Shown here piece after piece: positions 43,547-53,101 of a stretch of DNA of 64,000 bases. The notes under the pieces were generated by a model. It did no database searches, was not told the origin of the DNA, and worked only from the letters and a program-made list of their open reading frames with translations. Source of the stretch: a virus (lineage: Duplodnaviria; Heunggongvirae; Uroviricota; Caudoviricetes). Location of the stretch: positions 68,460-132,459 of IMG/VR virus record IMGVR_UViG_3300021431_000080. One strand, given 5' to 3'. The stretch's first letter is position 1; the number at the start of each line of letters is the position of its first letter. Made by a program: the position numbers and the translations under genes.

Positions 43547-44131
43547 ATGATAACTAAACTCTCAGGAGAAGGAATCTGGTTCACAAGTGATACCCATTTT
43601 AATCACAAGAACATCCTGCAGTTCACCAAGCGCCCGTGGAAGACGATAGAGGAGCACGACGAGGCTCTGATAAAGAACTGGAACGATGTTGTTGGAGTGG
43701 ACGACACTGTGTTCCATCTCGGAGACTTCTGCTTCGGAAATTCACAGAAGGTGGTTGAAGTCCGCGAGAAATTGAACGGGAACATAATACTGATCAGGGG
43801 AAACCACGACGACAAGAACCTGCAGAGAAGCCTCTGGACATTGTTCGATGAGGTTTTGTATCAAGCGAGAATTCAGATTGACGGAAGAACTGTGTACCTG
43901 AACCATTTTCCGTTCCTCTGTTTCGCTCATGGGAACCCCTCGATATATAGGGACTGGGCTGTGAACCTGTTTGGACACGTCCACTCGGGACCGGGATCGA
44001 AATCTGAGGATGTGTCGAGACTTGACAACTTGTTCCCTACTCAGTATGATGTCGGAGTTGACAATAACGATTACAAACCAATTTCGTGGAAAGAGGTGAT
44101 GAAGAAGATAAATAAGCAGATAGAGAATTGA
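43547..44131 (+). CDS. Calcineurin-like metallophosphoesterase
   Basis: GDFCFG, LIRGNHDD and GHVHSG motifs (in order GDxxxG, GNHD, GHxH). Confidence 0.7.
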   Translation: MITKLSGEGIWFTSDTHFNHKNILQFTKRPWKTIEEHDEALIKNWNDVVGVDDTVFHLGDFCFGNSQKVVEVREKLNGNIILIRGNHDDKNLQRSLWTLFDEVLYQARIQIDGRTVYLNHFPFLCFAHGNPSIYRDWAVNLFGHVHSGPGSKSEDVSRLDNLFPTQYDVGVDNNDYKPISWKEVMKKINKQIEN

Positions 44132-44146
44132 AAACAATAAACATAT

Positions 44147-44220
44147 GGGACGTATAGCTCAGTTGGCAGAGCGTCGGATTGTGGTTCCGATGGTCGTGGG
44201 TTCGAATCCCTCTACGCCCC
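44147..44220 (+). tRNA. tRNA-His(GTG) with G-1
   Basis: The extra 5' G pairs with discriminator C73. Anticodon stem TCGGA/TCCGA with loop TTGTGGT. Confidence 0.65.
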
Positions 44221-44229
44221 CAAGAAATT

Positions 44230-44302
44230 GCCCCCATAGTACAACGGAATAGTGCGCAGCTCTCCTAAAGCCGAAATACAGGTTCGATTCCTGTTGGGGG
44301 TA
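44230..44302 (+). tRNA. tRNA-Arg(CCT)
   Basis: Anticodon stem CAGCT/AGCCG with loop CTCCTAA; T-arm ACAGGTTCGATTCCTGT. Confidence 0.55.
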
Positions 44303-44507
44303 CTACGAAACATACTGTTCAAGTAAAAAGTTTGCAAAATAAACATCATTGCCATGAAAAGGTTTAGGATTGTATTTGAAATGGAAGTTGAGAGCGGTGA
44401 TTATTTAGGAGCAAACGGAGAAATGTATATAAGAAATGACATCGAGGAACGTTTTTGTGGTGAGAATGTTGATATTGAAGTGATAGAAGAAAATGAATGA
44501 TGCGAAT

Positions 44508-44664
44508 CGGTAATATGGAGGTGTGGTGAAATTGGTAGACACGATGGATTTATATGAGAGTAAACTCTATTGACAAATCGTAACTGCATAGAGTGGGTTA
44601 AATTGGTTCGATTCCAATATGCAGTTCAAGCTCCATTGGGAAATCCGTGTGGGTTCGAATCCCA
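44508..44664 (+). tRNA. Type II (Leu-like body) tRNA with anticodon TAT, interrupted by a ~76-nt insert at 37/38
   Basis: 5' part GGAGGTG-TG-GTG-AAATTGGTAGA-CAC-G-ATGGA-TTTATA at 44508-44545. 3' part C-TCCAT-TGGGAAATCCG-GTGGGTTCGAATCCCAC-CACCTCT-A at 44622-44664. The insert carries the minihelix ACTGCAT-AGAGTGGGTTAAA-TTGGTTCGATTCCAAT-ATGCAGT. Confidence 0.45.
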
Positions 44665-44707
44665 CCACCTCTACTCAGAATCAGAGTTCTATTAATCAAA
44701 AAATAAA

Positions 44708-45001
44708 ATGATATTCTATCACGGAACTACAGAAGAAGCATGGGAACAGATTAAGAAAGACGGCGAATTGTTCGGATATGATCGCATTCTAAGTAACGAC
44801 AGAAAAACTGTACTTCAGGAATTCAGAAAGACTTATTTGGCTACTGATATGGAGGCTGCAGAATGCTATGGAGACGTTATCCTCGAAGTCGAATATGATC
44901 CTTATAAAAAAGGAGCACGATGCAACAGTTTCAATGAAGACTGTTGGCAAATCAGAGTATACGAACCGATTCCTATTTCCAATATAAAACGCATAAAATG
45001 A
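44708..45001 (+). CDS. Hypothetical protein
   Basis: 97-aa ORF. Confidence 0.4.
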   Translation: MIFYHGTTEEAWEQIKKDGELFGYDRILSNDRKTVLQEFRKTYLATDMEAAECYGDVILEVEYDPYKKGARCNSFNEDCWQIRVYEPIPISNIKRIK

Positions 45002-45537
45002 GTATCAGGGAAGAAGAGAGACTTGAAAGTGTCTCCAACGCAAAGAAAATTATTGGCAGTGACTGTAATTACGGAATTCTGAAATCCCCGTTCAGGGAGG
45101 CTTTCTTGTTTGGTGCTTCAATAGACTACAAGTCGAATCCTGAATCGAAGACATCAGATCATTCATATGTCAGGAAACTCGGTTATAATCCTGAGATGAT
45201 GAGCGACTGTTCGTATCATGCAAAGGGACTGAAAGGATTCAGTCTGTCGAGCTACGGTGACTGGGGAACATATTTTGTCAACTGGGGCGACGAGAATACA
45301 CACAAGATGTTTCTCGATATGGTAGAGAAAAAGATAATCATCCCGTGGCGCGTCAGAAAGTATCTTAGACTTAAGGGTGAAACAATTACATACAACTACG
45401 ACGAAAGAGGTTGGAGGTGTTATGATGGGGAGAAGTGGTGTTCGGCAGATAATCCGTTTGATGTGATAATAAAGGAAATCGAGAATGATCTTCCTGAATT
45501 GAAACAGTTTGATGATAACAGCGTTTCTTTGTTTTGA
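44998..45537 (+). CDS. Hypothetical protein
   Basis: 179 aa from the ATG overlapping the upstream stop (ATGA). Confidence 0.4.
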   Translation: MSIREEERLESVSNAKKIIGSDCNYGILKSPFREAFLFGASIDYKSNPESKTSDHSYVRKLGYNPEMMSDCSYHAKGLKGFSLSSYGDWGTYFVNWGDENTHKMFLDMVEKKIIIPWRVRKYLRLKGETITYNYDERGWRCYDGEKWCSADNPFDVIIKEIENDLPELKQFDDNSVSLF

Positions 45538-45645
45538 TTATAATTCAGAATAATGTTAAAATCATATAAATTCATTATATTCTGACAACAAATTTAATTT
45601 TGTAAGATTTTGTTTGCAAATGTTAGATAAATAATAAAAGCAAAC

Positions 45646-47043
45646 GTGGATACACATTTGATTACATACAAGTTCAGATATGAAGCAGACGACGAAGCGA
45701 AAGGCTTCATCATGAAGTGCATGAAACAATACACTTCCATGCTTCACTGTGCTTATAACCGTGTGACTGAAGGGATGAATCCAAAGCAAGTCAGGGATTT
45801 TTTGAAAACTCAGATTAACAACGTTGAGTTGATGGATTCCGCGATGGCAGCTTGTGCTCAGCAGCAGGCTTCAGGGATAAACGAACGGATAAAGAGTTCT
45901 GACAACCCTGACAGGAAGATGATCTTCGGAGGAAAAAATAACTATATCAGACGTTGCAAAGGTCTGATTTCAAAAGAGGAGTACAGAGAGAAGAGAATCT
46001 CTCCGTTGATGTCAATCGGCGAAGCCAACCAGAAGGCAAACCGCAAGTTCAAGATCAATCAGGATCTTCATACAATCACTTTCCAGATAAACCGCTACAA
46101 CCACCATACTCTGACTCTGAAAGGAGTCTACGGAAAGCGCGAGAAGGTTCTTGCCAAACTGTACGAACTTCAGGAAAAGAAAGAGATACCGATCACTTAT
46201 CAGCTTGACAGGGAACATGTTTATTTGAGTTTCGATGAATCGTTAGTTGAGAAATATACCCGTAAGAGATTCGTCGAGAACCGCGTGATGGCTATCGACA
46301 TGAATCCTAATTATATAGGATGGTCTGTTGTCGACTGGAAAGGTGAATCAGAATTTAATATTGTAAAGTCAGGAGTTTTCTCCATAAAGAAGATCAACGA
46401 CATGTCTGAAGTCCTTTCCAAGTCACATACGGATTCGGAGGATCCGAGGAAAATCTATATAAGCAACAAAAGGACACACGAGACTTACCAGATTTCAAAG
46501 AAGCTGATTGACATATGCCTACACTACAAGTGTGAGTCTTTCTGTATAGAGGACTTGGACATGAAATCAAAGGATTCTGAGAAAGGGAGGGGATATAACA
46601 GGCTTGTGAACAGTAACTGGTGTAGGAATAAGCTCGAACTTAACCTTCAGAAGAGATGCAACATATTCGACATCAGGTTTTTCAAGGTCAAGCCAGATTT
46701 CACTTCGTTTGTCGGAAACTTCTTATTCAGGTCGTTGAATCTTCCCGACATGGTGCTTGCAAGCATCGAGATAGGAAGACGTGGTTATGAATTTAACTTA
46801 CAGTATATAAAGAAATCAAAAGAGATAAAACGTAATATCGTGTTCCCGGATTTGGGTGCATACAGAAACTTCTATGTCAAGTCGTTGGAAGAATTTGGCA
46901 TAGAGGATGGCACTGGTCTAAGGGACATATATTACGGTCTAAAAAAGTCTAAAACCAGATATAGGCTTTCTCTGGAACAATGCGGGACGGAGTTTTCAAG
47001 GTGTTTTTCAAAGACTAGTCTAATATTAAAAACAATTAATTGA
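45646..47043 (+). CDS. TnpB-like RuvC-fold protein lacking the zinc-finger cysteines
   Basis: 465 aa. RuvC-I-like AIDMNPNYIGW, RuvC-II CIEDLDM, RuvC-III-like DMVLASIEIGRRG. The segment between II and III (VKPDFTSFVGNF) aligns to the TnpB ZnF position but has no Cys. Confidence 0.5.
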   Translation: MDTHLITYKFRYEADDEAKGFIMKCMKQYTSMLHCAYNRVTEGMNPKQVRDFLKTQINNVELMDSAMAACAQQQASGINERIKSSDNPDRKMIFGGKNNYIRRCKGLISKEEYREKRISPLMSIGEANQKANRKFKINQDLHTITFQINRYNHHTLTLKGVYGKREKVLAKLYELQEKKEIPITYQLDREHVYLSFDESLVEKYTRKRFVENRVMAIDMNPNYIGWSVVDWKGESEFNIVKSGVFSIKKINDMSEVLSKSHTDSEDPRKIYISNKRTHETYQISKKLIDICLHYKCESFCIEDLDMKSKDSEKGRGYNRLVNSNWCRNKLELNLQKRCNIFDIRFFKVKPDFTSFVGNFLFRSLNLPDMVLASIEIGRRGYEFNLQYIKKSKEIKRNIVFPDLGAYRNFYVKSLEEFGIEDGTGLRDIYYGLKKSKTRYRLSLEQCGTEFSRCFSKTSLILKTIN

Positions 47044-47050
47044 TTTTGAT

Positions 47051-47314
47051 ATGATTAATAAAAACACGATCTGGATCATGGCTGCATTTGCAATCATAGA
47101 TCTCGTTTTCATAATCTGTGGAAACGGAAACTTCTTCCTGTGGTTCGGTTTTGTAGCCTGTTCCTATTGTTCAGGGTACTGGGCTGTCATGAAATCTGAG
47201 GAACAGATGAAGATTGAGAAACTGGAGTCAAAACAGCACCTGCTCTGCTGGAACGACATGACAGAGGCTGAGAAGTCGGATTTCTTTTTTGATTTGTCAC
47301 ATCAGGAACAATAA
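47051..47314 (+). CDS. Small membrane protein
   Basis: 87 aa with two TM helices. Confidence 0.3.
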   Translation: MINKNTIWIMAAFAIIDLVFIICGNGNFFLWFGFVACSYCSGYWAVMKSEEQMKIEKLESKQHLLCWNDMTEAEKSDFFFDLSHQEQ

Positions 47315-47850
47315 TGGACAGCCTGATAATAACAAGAAAATGGTCTATGCCGAACTCCAATACGTTTGACATAAAGCCAATCCGCGATATAATAGACAGA
47401 TATGCGGAAGGATACATTATTGATCCTTTCGCCAACAAGAACAGGATAGCCACTGTCACAAACGATCTCAACCCTGCATTTGACACGGATTACCATATGG
47501 ACGCGACTGATTTCCTGAAAACGTTCAGTAACGAGAGCGTGGACACTGTCCTGTACGACCCTCCATACAGCGCACGACAAGTGGCTGAATGCTACCATGA
47601 GTTCGGAAAGACTGTCAATATGGAGACGACACAGGCTTCGTACTGGGCGAACCAGAAGAAAGAAATTTCCCGCATACTGAAGAAAGGCGGAGTCTGTATA
47701 ACATGTGCATGGAACAGCGGGGGAATCGGCATGAAGTATGGGTTCGAGATAGTCGAGATCCTTCTTGTAGCCCACGGAGGGTGGCACAATGATACCATAG
47801 TTACTGTGGAGAGGAAGATAAAGGAAAACGAATCGATACAACTGATATGA
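47314..47850 (+). CDS. DNA N6-adenine/N4-cytosine methyltransferase-like (beta class)
   Basis: VLYDPPYS motif IV followed by an ILKKGGVCIT motif-I-like segment. 178 aa. Confidence 0.5.
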   Translation: MDSLIITRKWSMPNSNTFDIKPIRDIIDRYAEGYIIDPFANKNRIATVTNDLNPAFDTDYHMDATDFLKTFSNESVDTVLYDPPYSARQVAECYHEFGKTVNMETTQASYWANQKKEISRILKKGGVCITCAWNSGGIGMKYGFEIVEILLVAHGGWHNDTIVTVERKIKENESIQLI

Positions 47851-48059
47851 GCCGAAAAGGAGAAACCACGTATATTCTGAGAGACTACAAGTTCTCACAT
47901 GAGGAACACGATGAAATATACGAAGTGTTCTGTAAACATCAAGGACACTTATACAACCATGGTATAACATTGTGCCAAGCTGGACACGATCCTTCGAAAT
48001 GCGACACCTGTGAGTTCAGGGAACCAGACAAGCAGGTATGTAAAGTGTCATCTTGTTAA
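47847..48059 (+). CDS. Small Cys-rich hypothetical protein
   Basis: 70-aa ORF. Confidence 0.3.
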   Translation: MSRKGETTYILRDYKFSHEEHDEIYEVFCKHQGHLYNHGITLCQAGHDPSKCDTCEFREPDKQVCKVSSC

Positions 48060-48092
48060 ATCGAAACAGTATAAAATAAAATAAAACATAAA

Positions 48093-48368
48093 ATGAAAAG
48101 TTTATTGACAGACAGTGACAGAAGTCTCATATGCGAGGCTGTACACAATCTTGAAACAGGCAACTTTCTTCTTGGCAGAAAAACAGGAATAAGTCTGCTT
48201 CTTATGATTGACCATATAAACTGGTGCAGGAAGCAGACAGAGGAAGGTTTAAACAATATAAACAAGGAGGTTCTTGAATATGTTGAGGCTTGCTACGATC
48301 CAGACGAGTTCAAGAAATACAATAAGAAATACGAATTATGTCAAAGCAATTCTTCAGAGCAAAGATAA
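48093..48368 (+). CDS. Hypothetical protein
   Basis: 91-aa ORF. Confidence 0.35.
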   Translation: MKSLLTDSDRSLICEAVHNLETGNFLLGRKTGISLLLMIDHINWCRKQTEEGLNNINKEVLEYVEACYDPDEFKKYNKKYELCQSNSSEQR

Positions 48369-49048
48369 AGTACGACACCAACTGTGGTTACGATGATGAG
48401 ATGACTCTATATGTTATGGAGAACAACTCAATCGACTACAGGATGATCGTTGGCAAGGACGGTCACAATCCTTCGGTGTCTGGCACAGACTGGTACTGCA
48501 ATGCCATCGCGTCTGTCATATCATTGAAAAGTCCAGATCTTGAGGAATGTTCGCTGGACGAACTTCCAGAGGCTGTCAAGATATCCTTCGGTTTGTCCAA
48601 GCCTGTTGTGGATCTTTCATTGCTGCACATGTTCAAGTGTGAGAAATGCTGTTTTGCCTGCAAGAATATGTTCAATCTTATGGGCAAAACATCAAAATGC
48701 AGCTGCGAGTCTCCAGACAGTAACGAGCATTTTTGTTTCTACTGCTGCAACAAGTTCGATCCTGCAGGTGATGGTGTCGTCAACAAGAGGATTGCCGAAT
48801 ATGCCAGCAGCATCTTTCCTGAATCCGTAGAGATAGATGGACACACGTATTCGTTTGTGTGTGAACGATATGATAAGCTTGGCATGTGGGGATATTCATA
48901 TTCAGATGAAATTCATCATTCCGCCTGTGTCACTGACGGGATATACCAATACTACCTTGCATCAGTGTTCCCGAAACAGGAAGATGCCGCCATCGATCTC
49001 GCAGGCAAACTATCAAGATACCTAAACCATAAAAACCAGACAATATGA
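48338..49048 (+). CDS. Cys-rich hypothetical protein
   Basis: 236 aa with many CxxC pairs. Confidence 0.4.
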   Translation: MSKQFFRAKIKYDTNCGYDDEMTLYVMENNSIDYRMIVGKDGHNPSVSGTDWYCNAIASVISLKSPDLEECSLDELPEAVKISFGLSKPVVDLSLLHMFKCEKCCFACKNMFNLMGKTSKCSCESPDSNEHFCFYCCNKFDPAGDGVVNKRIAEYASSIFPESVEIDGHTYSFVCERYDKLGMWGYSYSDEIHHSACVTDGIYQYYLASVFPKQEDAAIDLAGKLSRYLNHKNQTI

Positions 49049-49938
49049 TCTACAACGAAAAAAGATATTTCAACATAAGCATATTAAACCTGCACTTCTG
49101 TCTGAAGCAGCATTTCGTGTATTTCGACAAAGAGAAACAGATTCCTGTTTACAGGAAGGTTTTCAAAATATATTATGAGAAGGACAACGGGAACGACTGG
49201 ATTCATAAAGAATGGCTCAACTTTTACACAGGGTGGGAGAAACCGTGTCTTGTCTACGACACTTTCTCGTATGAAGACGACAACAGGCACCATATGAGAA
49301 TGTCATTGGGATGGGGATTGCTTTACCTTTATTTCCCATGGAAGAACCACGGTACTGACTGGAACGATTTCAACGATCCAGAACCTAAGTACGGATATTA
49401 CTTCTATGGAGAGGGAAAGTTCTTCGACCAGATTGTATTTGAGTTCGGAAAGAAATCAAAGACAGTCGATATGCCGTGGGCTTTGGATTTCTACAAGAAA
49501 GGTGTGATGTTGAAAAACAGTGTTTGGTGGACATGTAATGAAAAAGATATCAAGAAGGCAAAAAAACAAGGCATACAGACTTGGAAAGATCTAAGATTCA
49601 ATCTCGATGATGATGACGAGAGGATTCTGAAAAAGAAATATCCGTTCACTTATGTCACGAAAAATGGAGAAATTCAGAACACAACTGCTACATGCCATGT
49701 AGAAATTCGTGAATGGAGACCGAAATGGTTTATGTGGACGAAGGCTTTTCGTTTCATCAGAAGGGATTTGGAAATAAATTTTAATGACGAAATGGGAAAC
49801 AGAAGGGGTTCTTGGAAAGGCGGTGTTCTTGGAGTGAGCGCACCTATAACAAGAGATGAGATATACGCGGAAGATTTCGAGACTCCTTTAAGAAGATATG
49901 AGGAGAAAGTCAACAGAATCCACGATTATGACAGATGA
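49045..49938 (+). CDS. Hypothetical Trp-rich protein
   Basis: 297-aa ORF. Confidence 0.45.
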   Translation: MIYNEKRYFNISILNLHFCLKQHFVYFDKEKQIPVYRKVFKIYYEKDNGNDWIHKEWLNFYTGWEKPCLVYDTFSYEDDNRHHMRMSLGWGLLYLYFPWKNHGTDWNDFNDPEPKYGYYFYGEGKFFDQIVFEFGKKSKTVDMPWALDFYKKGVMLKNSVWWTCNEKDIKKAKKQGIQTWKDLRFNLDDDDERILKKKYPFTYVTKNGEIQNTTATCHVEIREWRPKWFMWTKAFRFIRRDLEINFNDEMGNRRGSWKGGVLGVSAPITRDEIYAEDFETPLRRYEEKVNRIHDYDR

Positions 49939-49940
49939 AA

Positions 49941-49965
49941 AAAGGAGGCGATTACCTCCTTTCCT
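49941..49965 (+). terminator. Rho-independent terminator
   Basis: AAAGGAGG-CGATTAC-CCTCCTTT followed by a T-rich run. Confidence 0.55.
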
Positions 49966-50021
49966 TTAATCGTTTTTGCAAATGTTCCATATAATTTATA
50001 GAAAAGCATAAAATTGTCCAG

Positions 50022-51533
50022 ATGATAATCAATACAGAAATCAAGGATTTTACAAGGAATGGTGTTCCTGTCGTCGATTCATACGGTAGGTGCAAGCGTC
50101 TTCTGATTGTGTCGTATGTTGATCCGGAAAACCACGTTAAGTTATTCGGATATCCGATACCTGAAGAAATGATGTATCAGTGGAAGTATGCCAGAAAGAA
50201 CGAGGTTCCTGATTCACAATATACATCGTGGGATTTCAAGCCAGTCATAAAGGAGCCGATTGTAGGAAACTTTACAGAACAGCGCGTCCACGAAATAATC
50301 ATGGATCTTGAGAGGCTGTACCCAAATGATCCACAAATCAAATTGTTCAACGAACTCTACATACCAGAGACGACGTTCGCCGATATCGAGACGGATGTTG
50401 ACGAAATCGGTTTTTCGAGTCCGTCGGAGTGCAGGACTAACGTGAACACGTGTTCCTTTGTGAGAGGAGAGAATGCCTGTGTCGTAGGATTGGCTAAACT
50501 AAGCGAAGACGATATAAAATGGATACAGGAAGAAATAGACAAGCATACCGCTCCTTTGGGCGTGCGTTATGATTTCGCCTACAGATATCACGAGAATGAA
50601 GTGAGTCTGTTGAATGACATATTCTTCAATTTCATACAGACAGCCGACTGTGTGTCTGGATGGAACTGGTTCGGGTACGACTGGCCTTATCTTGTAAACA
50701 TAGCGAAGAAATACGGGATAGACATACAGGGGCTGAGCCCGACGAAGACTTGGGCGGACTACAAGCCGATGATGGCTAAGACCAAGGACGACAGTGTGAA
50801 GGTTCCTATGCACAGAGGTATGTACGACTACATGGAAATCTACAAGAAGTGGGACAGGAGCGTTAACCCAAAGATACAGAATAAACTTGACTGGGTCGCA
50901 GAGACTGTGTTGGGTGTGAAGAAGGTTGAGCACAAGCTTGGGTTTAGGGAACTCTGGAGGGAGGATCCGAGGTTGTATGTGTTCTACAACGCAATCGACA
51001 GTGTGCTTATCAGGGAGATTGACAAGAAAATCAGGACAGCGTCGACGTTCTTCGGTTTCGCCAACCTGATGCACACTCCTGCTTTGACTGCATTCAGCTC
51101 TACGAAGAGCATCGAGATTGTGCAGGCTGAGTATTTGTATAAGGAGAACAGGATATTCCCGAAGGTGAAGAAAGAGATTGTTGAGAAGGAGGAAAAGTAC
51201 GAAGGAGCGTTCGTGTTTGAGCCTAATCCAGGGACATTTAAGGGAGTCTTGACAGCCGACTATGCGAGTTTGTACCCTTCCACAATTCGTCAATTTAACA
51301 TGTCGCCTGAGACTTTTCTTCTTAAAGATAAGAATCATGTTCCAACAGCGGACGAAATAAAATGTGTAAGCGGAGCTGTTTATACAAATAAATTCAAAGG
51401 ATTCATTCCCAAGATTTTGGATGATTTCTATGCAAAAAGAAAATCATTCAAAAAGAAGATGATTGTTGCACAGGAAGAAGCTTATGAAATAGAACAAATA
51501 CTCGAAAGAAGGAAGAAATCTTCTATAATATAA
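50022..51533 (+). CDS. Family B DNA polymerase, N-terminal portion (exonuclease domain through motif A); gene appears split or truncated
   Basis: 503 aa. Motif A DYASLYPS sits near the C-terminus and a Kx3 region follows. The ORF stops (TAA, then TGA) before motifs B (KxxxNSxYG) and C (YGDTDS). No continuation directly downstream. Confidence 0.7.
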   Translation: MIINTEIKDFTRNGVPVVDSYGRCKRLLIVSYVDPENHVKLFGYPIPEEMMYQWKYARKNEVPDSQYTSWDFKPVIKEPIVGNFTEQRVHEIIMDLERLYPNDPQIKLFNELYIPETTFADIETDVDEIGFSSPSECRTNVNTCSFVRGENACVVGLAKLSEDDIKWIQEEIDKHTAPLGVRYDFAYRYHENEVSLLNDIFFNFIQTADCVSGWNWFGYDWPYLVNIAKKYGIDIQGLSPTKTWADYKPMMAKTKDDSVKVPMHRGMYDYMEIYKKWDRSVNPKIQNKLDWVAETVLGVKKVEHKLGFRELWREDPRLYVFYNAIDSVLIREIDKKIRTASTFFGFANLMHTPALTAFSSTKSIEIVQAEYLYKENRIFPKVKKEIVEKEEKYEGAFVFEPNPGTFKGVLTADYASLYPSTIRQFNMSPETFLLKDKNHVPTADEIKCVSGAVYTNKFKGFIPKILDDFYAKRKSFKKKMIVAQEEAYEIEQILERRKKSSII

Positions 51534-51550
51534 AACAAATCATATCAGAA

Positions 51551-51997
51551 ATGAAAACGGTAAATGAAATCATGATGGGTTTCGGCAACGGAACCCCAAC
51601 AGTAGAGCAGATGTACTCCATCCGCGACCGCAAGGAGTTCATGGTCGACGACGAAGTCACCAAGATTGTGAAAGCGTTCGTCGACACGACAAACGACAGC
51701 GGCGAGGCTAGAATCAGCCTTGAATACTACGCCGTCGCCGATGAATCCACTGTAGCACATGCGGAAGGCAACGAATGGTACACCATCCCTCGCGAGGGAT
51801 GCAAAAAGGAGTACTGGTTCCTCCTCGTCCTCGGGAAGAACGGCGGGACAAAGTCGTTCGCCAGTGAAATTCTCGATCCAGTCTCCACCCTGCTCAAGAC
51901 GCTCGAAGTCGACGGGTGTGTGTTCCCGGACATCGTCGATGTGTCTCTCGACAATGCAGACGATCTCCACTATTTCGTAATCCACACCTCGAAATGA
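51551..51997 (+). CDS. Hypothetical protein (GC-rich insert next to the polB fragment)
   Basis: 148-aa ORF. Confidence 0.35.
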   Translation: MKTVNEIMMGFGNGTPTVEQMYSIRDRKEFMVDDEVTKIVKAFVDTTNDSGEARISLEYYAVADESTVAHAEGNEWYTIPREGCKKEYWFLLVLGKNGGTKSFASEILDPVSTLLKTLEVDGCVFPDIVDVSLDNADDLHYFVIHTSK

Positions 51998-52512
51998 AGA
52001 AGATCCTTGCCCTATCAGCGTTAATCCTCGCCTCGTTGGTCTGTTCCGCACAGGATCCCGAATACGGTCTGAGGGCATACGCATCTCCGTATGTGCATTA
52101 TTCGCACGGCGGTGTCGGGATGTCCGTGGAGATGTATTTCGAGGACGACCTGTCGACGGCATTCCTGACATGTGCCTCGATGGGGATGTACTATTCACCT
52201 GCGCTGGACGTGGCTTGTGGGACGCATTTCTCCTACGGTGTCAAGTATGTCGGGATAAAACATGTGTACGCCGTGTTCGATCTGAGACCGATTGTCAAAC
52301 TGAACGGAATAGGTCATCAGGTGTACGGGGACTATCTGACGTTCGGTGTGACGAGTGGTGTAGGAATAGGAGGATACATGGATGTCGGGCAGGGCAGTCT
52401 GCTGTACGCCGAGTTGAAGTTGTGTACCGACATAATCATATACAGCGAGCTCAGAGAAAGGGGGTGTTCCTATCTGTACATGGGAATCGGATACAGGCAC
52501 AGGATTCTGTGA
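51916..52512 (+). CDS. Secreted beta-rich protein (signal peptide)
   Basis: MKKILALSALILASLVCSAQ signal, with Gly/Tyr-rich alternating beta-strands. Confidence 0.35.
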   Translation: MCVPGHRRCVSRQCRRSPLFRNPHLEMKKILALSALILASLVCSAQDPEYGLRAYASPYVHYSHGGVGMSVEMYFEDDLSTAFLTCASMGMYYSPALDVACGTHFSYGVKYVGIKHVYAVFDLRPIVKLNGIGHQVYGDYLTFGVTSGVGIGGYMDVGQGSLLYAELKLCTDIIIYSELRERGCSYLYMGIGYRHRIL

Positions 52513-52844
52513 AGAGTAACATAAACAGTCAAGAAAGGAGATTCACTCGTCGTGGATCTCCTTTTTCAGTTCCTCCACAAGCGCGTCGGCTACACGGACA
52601 GCCTGTCTTGCCATTATATGTGGATCGGCTTCGAGAATCATTCCGAGCTTGCCCGATTCCATTATTCCCTGTATAGTGGAAATTGCAGCGTTGATTTTCA
52701 CTTCGTTCCAATCTATCATATTGAAAATTAATACGTTTGAGTATTTATTGTATTATTTTAAATTTCAATGAAATTGAAAATGGTGTGGAACAATGTGTGA
52801 AAAATGAGTATTATTTTGTTATTGGTTTTCAAAATAAAAAAATT

Positions 52845-52864
52845 ATCAGTATCTTTGCAGTGTC
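52845..52864 (+). promoter_or_regulatory. Conserved promoter motif copy
   Basis: ATCAGTATCTTTGCAGTGTC; a 52-codon ORF (52884-53039) follows. Confidence 0.5.
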
Positions 52865-53065
52865 GAATTAAAAATAGGATAAGATGGCACAATTCAAGTA
52901 TGAAGTGACTATTGAGGTTGAGAAACCTTATGAGAACAATACCGATAAATTCATCAAAGATTTGGCGTATGTTGCATTGAACAACTCGCTTAAAAATGGA
53001 AGTATCAATATTAAAAACTACACCATAAAAGACCTCAACGCTTAACAAGCGTACATATCAAAACA

Positions 53066-53085
53066 ATTCGGTATCTTTGCAATGG
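53066..53085 (+). promoter_or_regulatory. Conserved promoter motif variant
   Basis: TCGGTATCTTTGCAATGGCA, upstream of 53102. Confidence 0.45.
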
Positions 53086-53101
53086 CATAAACAATGTAAA
53101 A

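Noticed and set aside
50022-51560. polB continuing by stop-codon read-through
   Set aside because: The ORF ends with TAA followed 6 codons later by an in-frame TGA. The downstream sequence does not encode motifs B or C in any frame.
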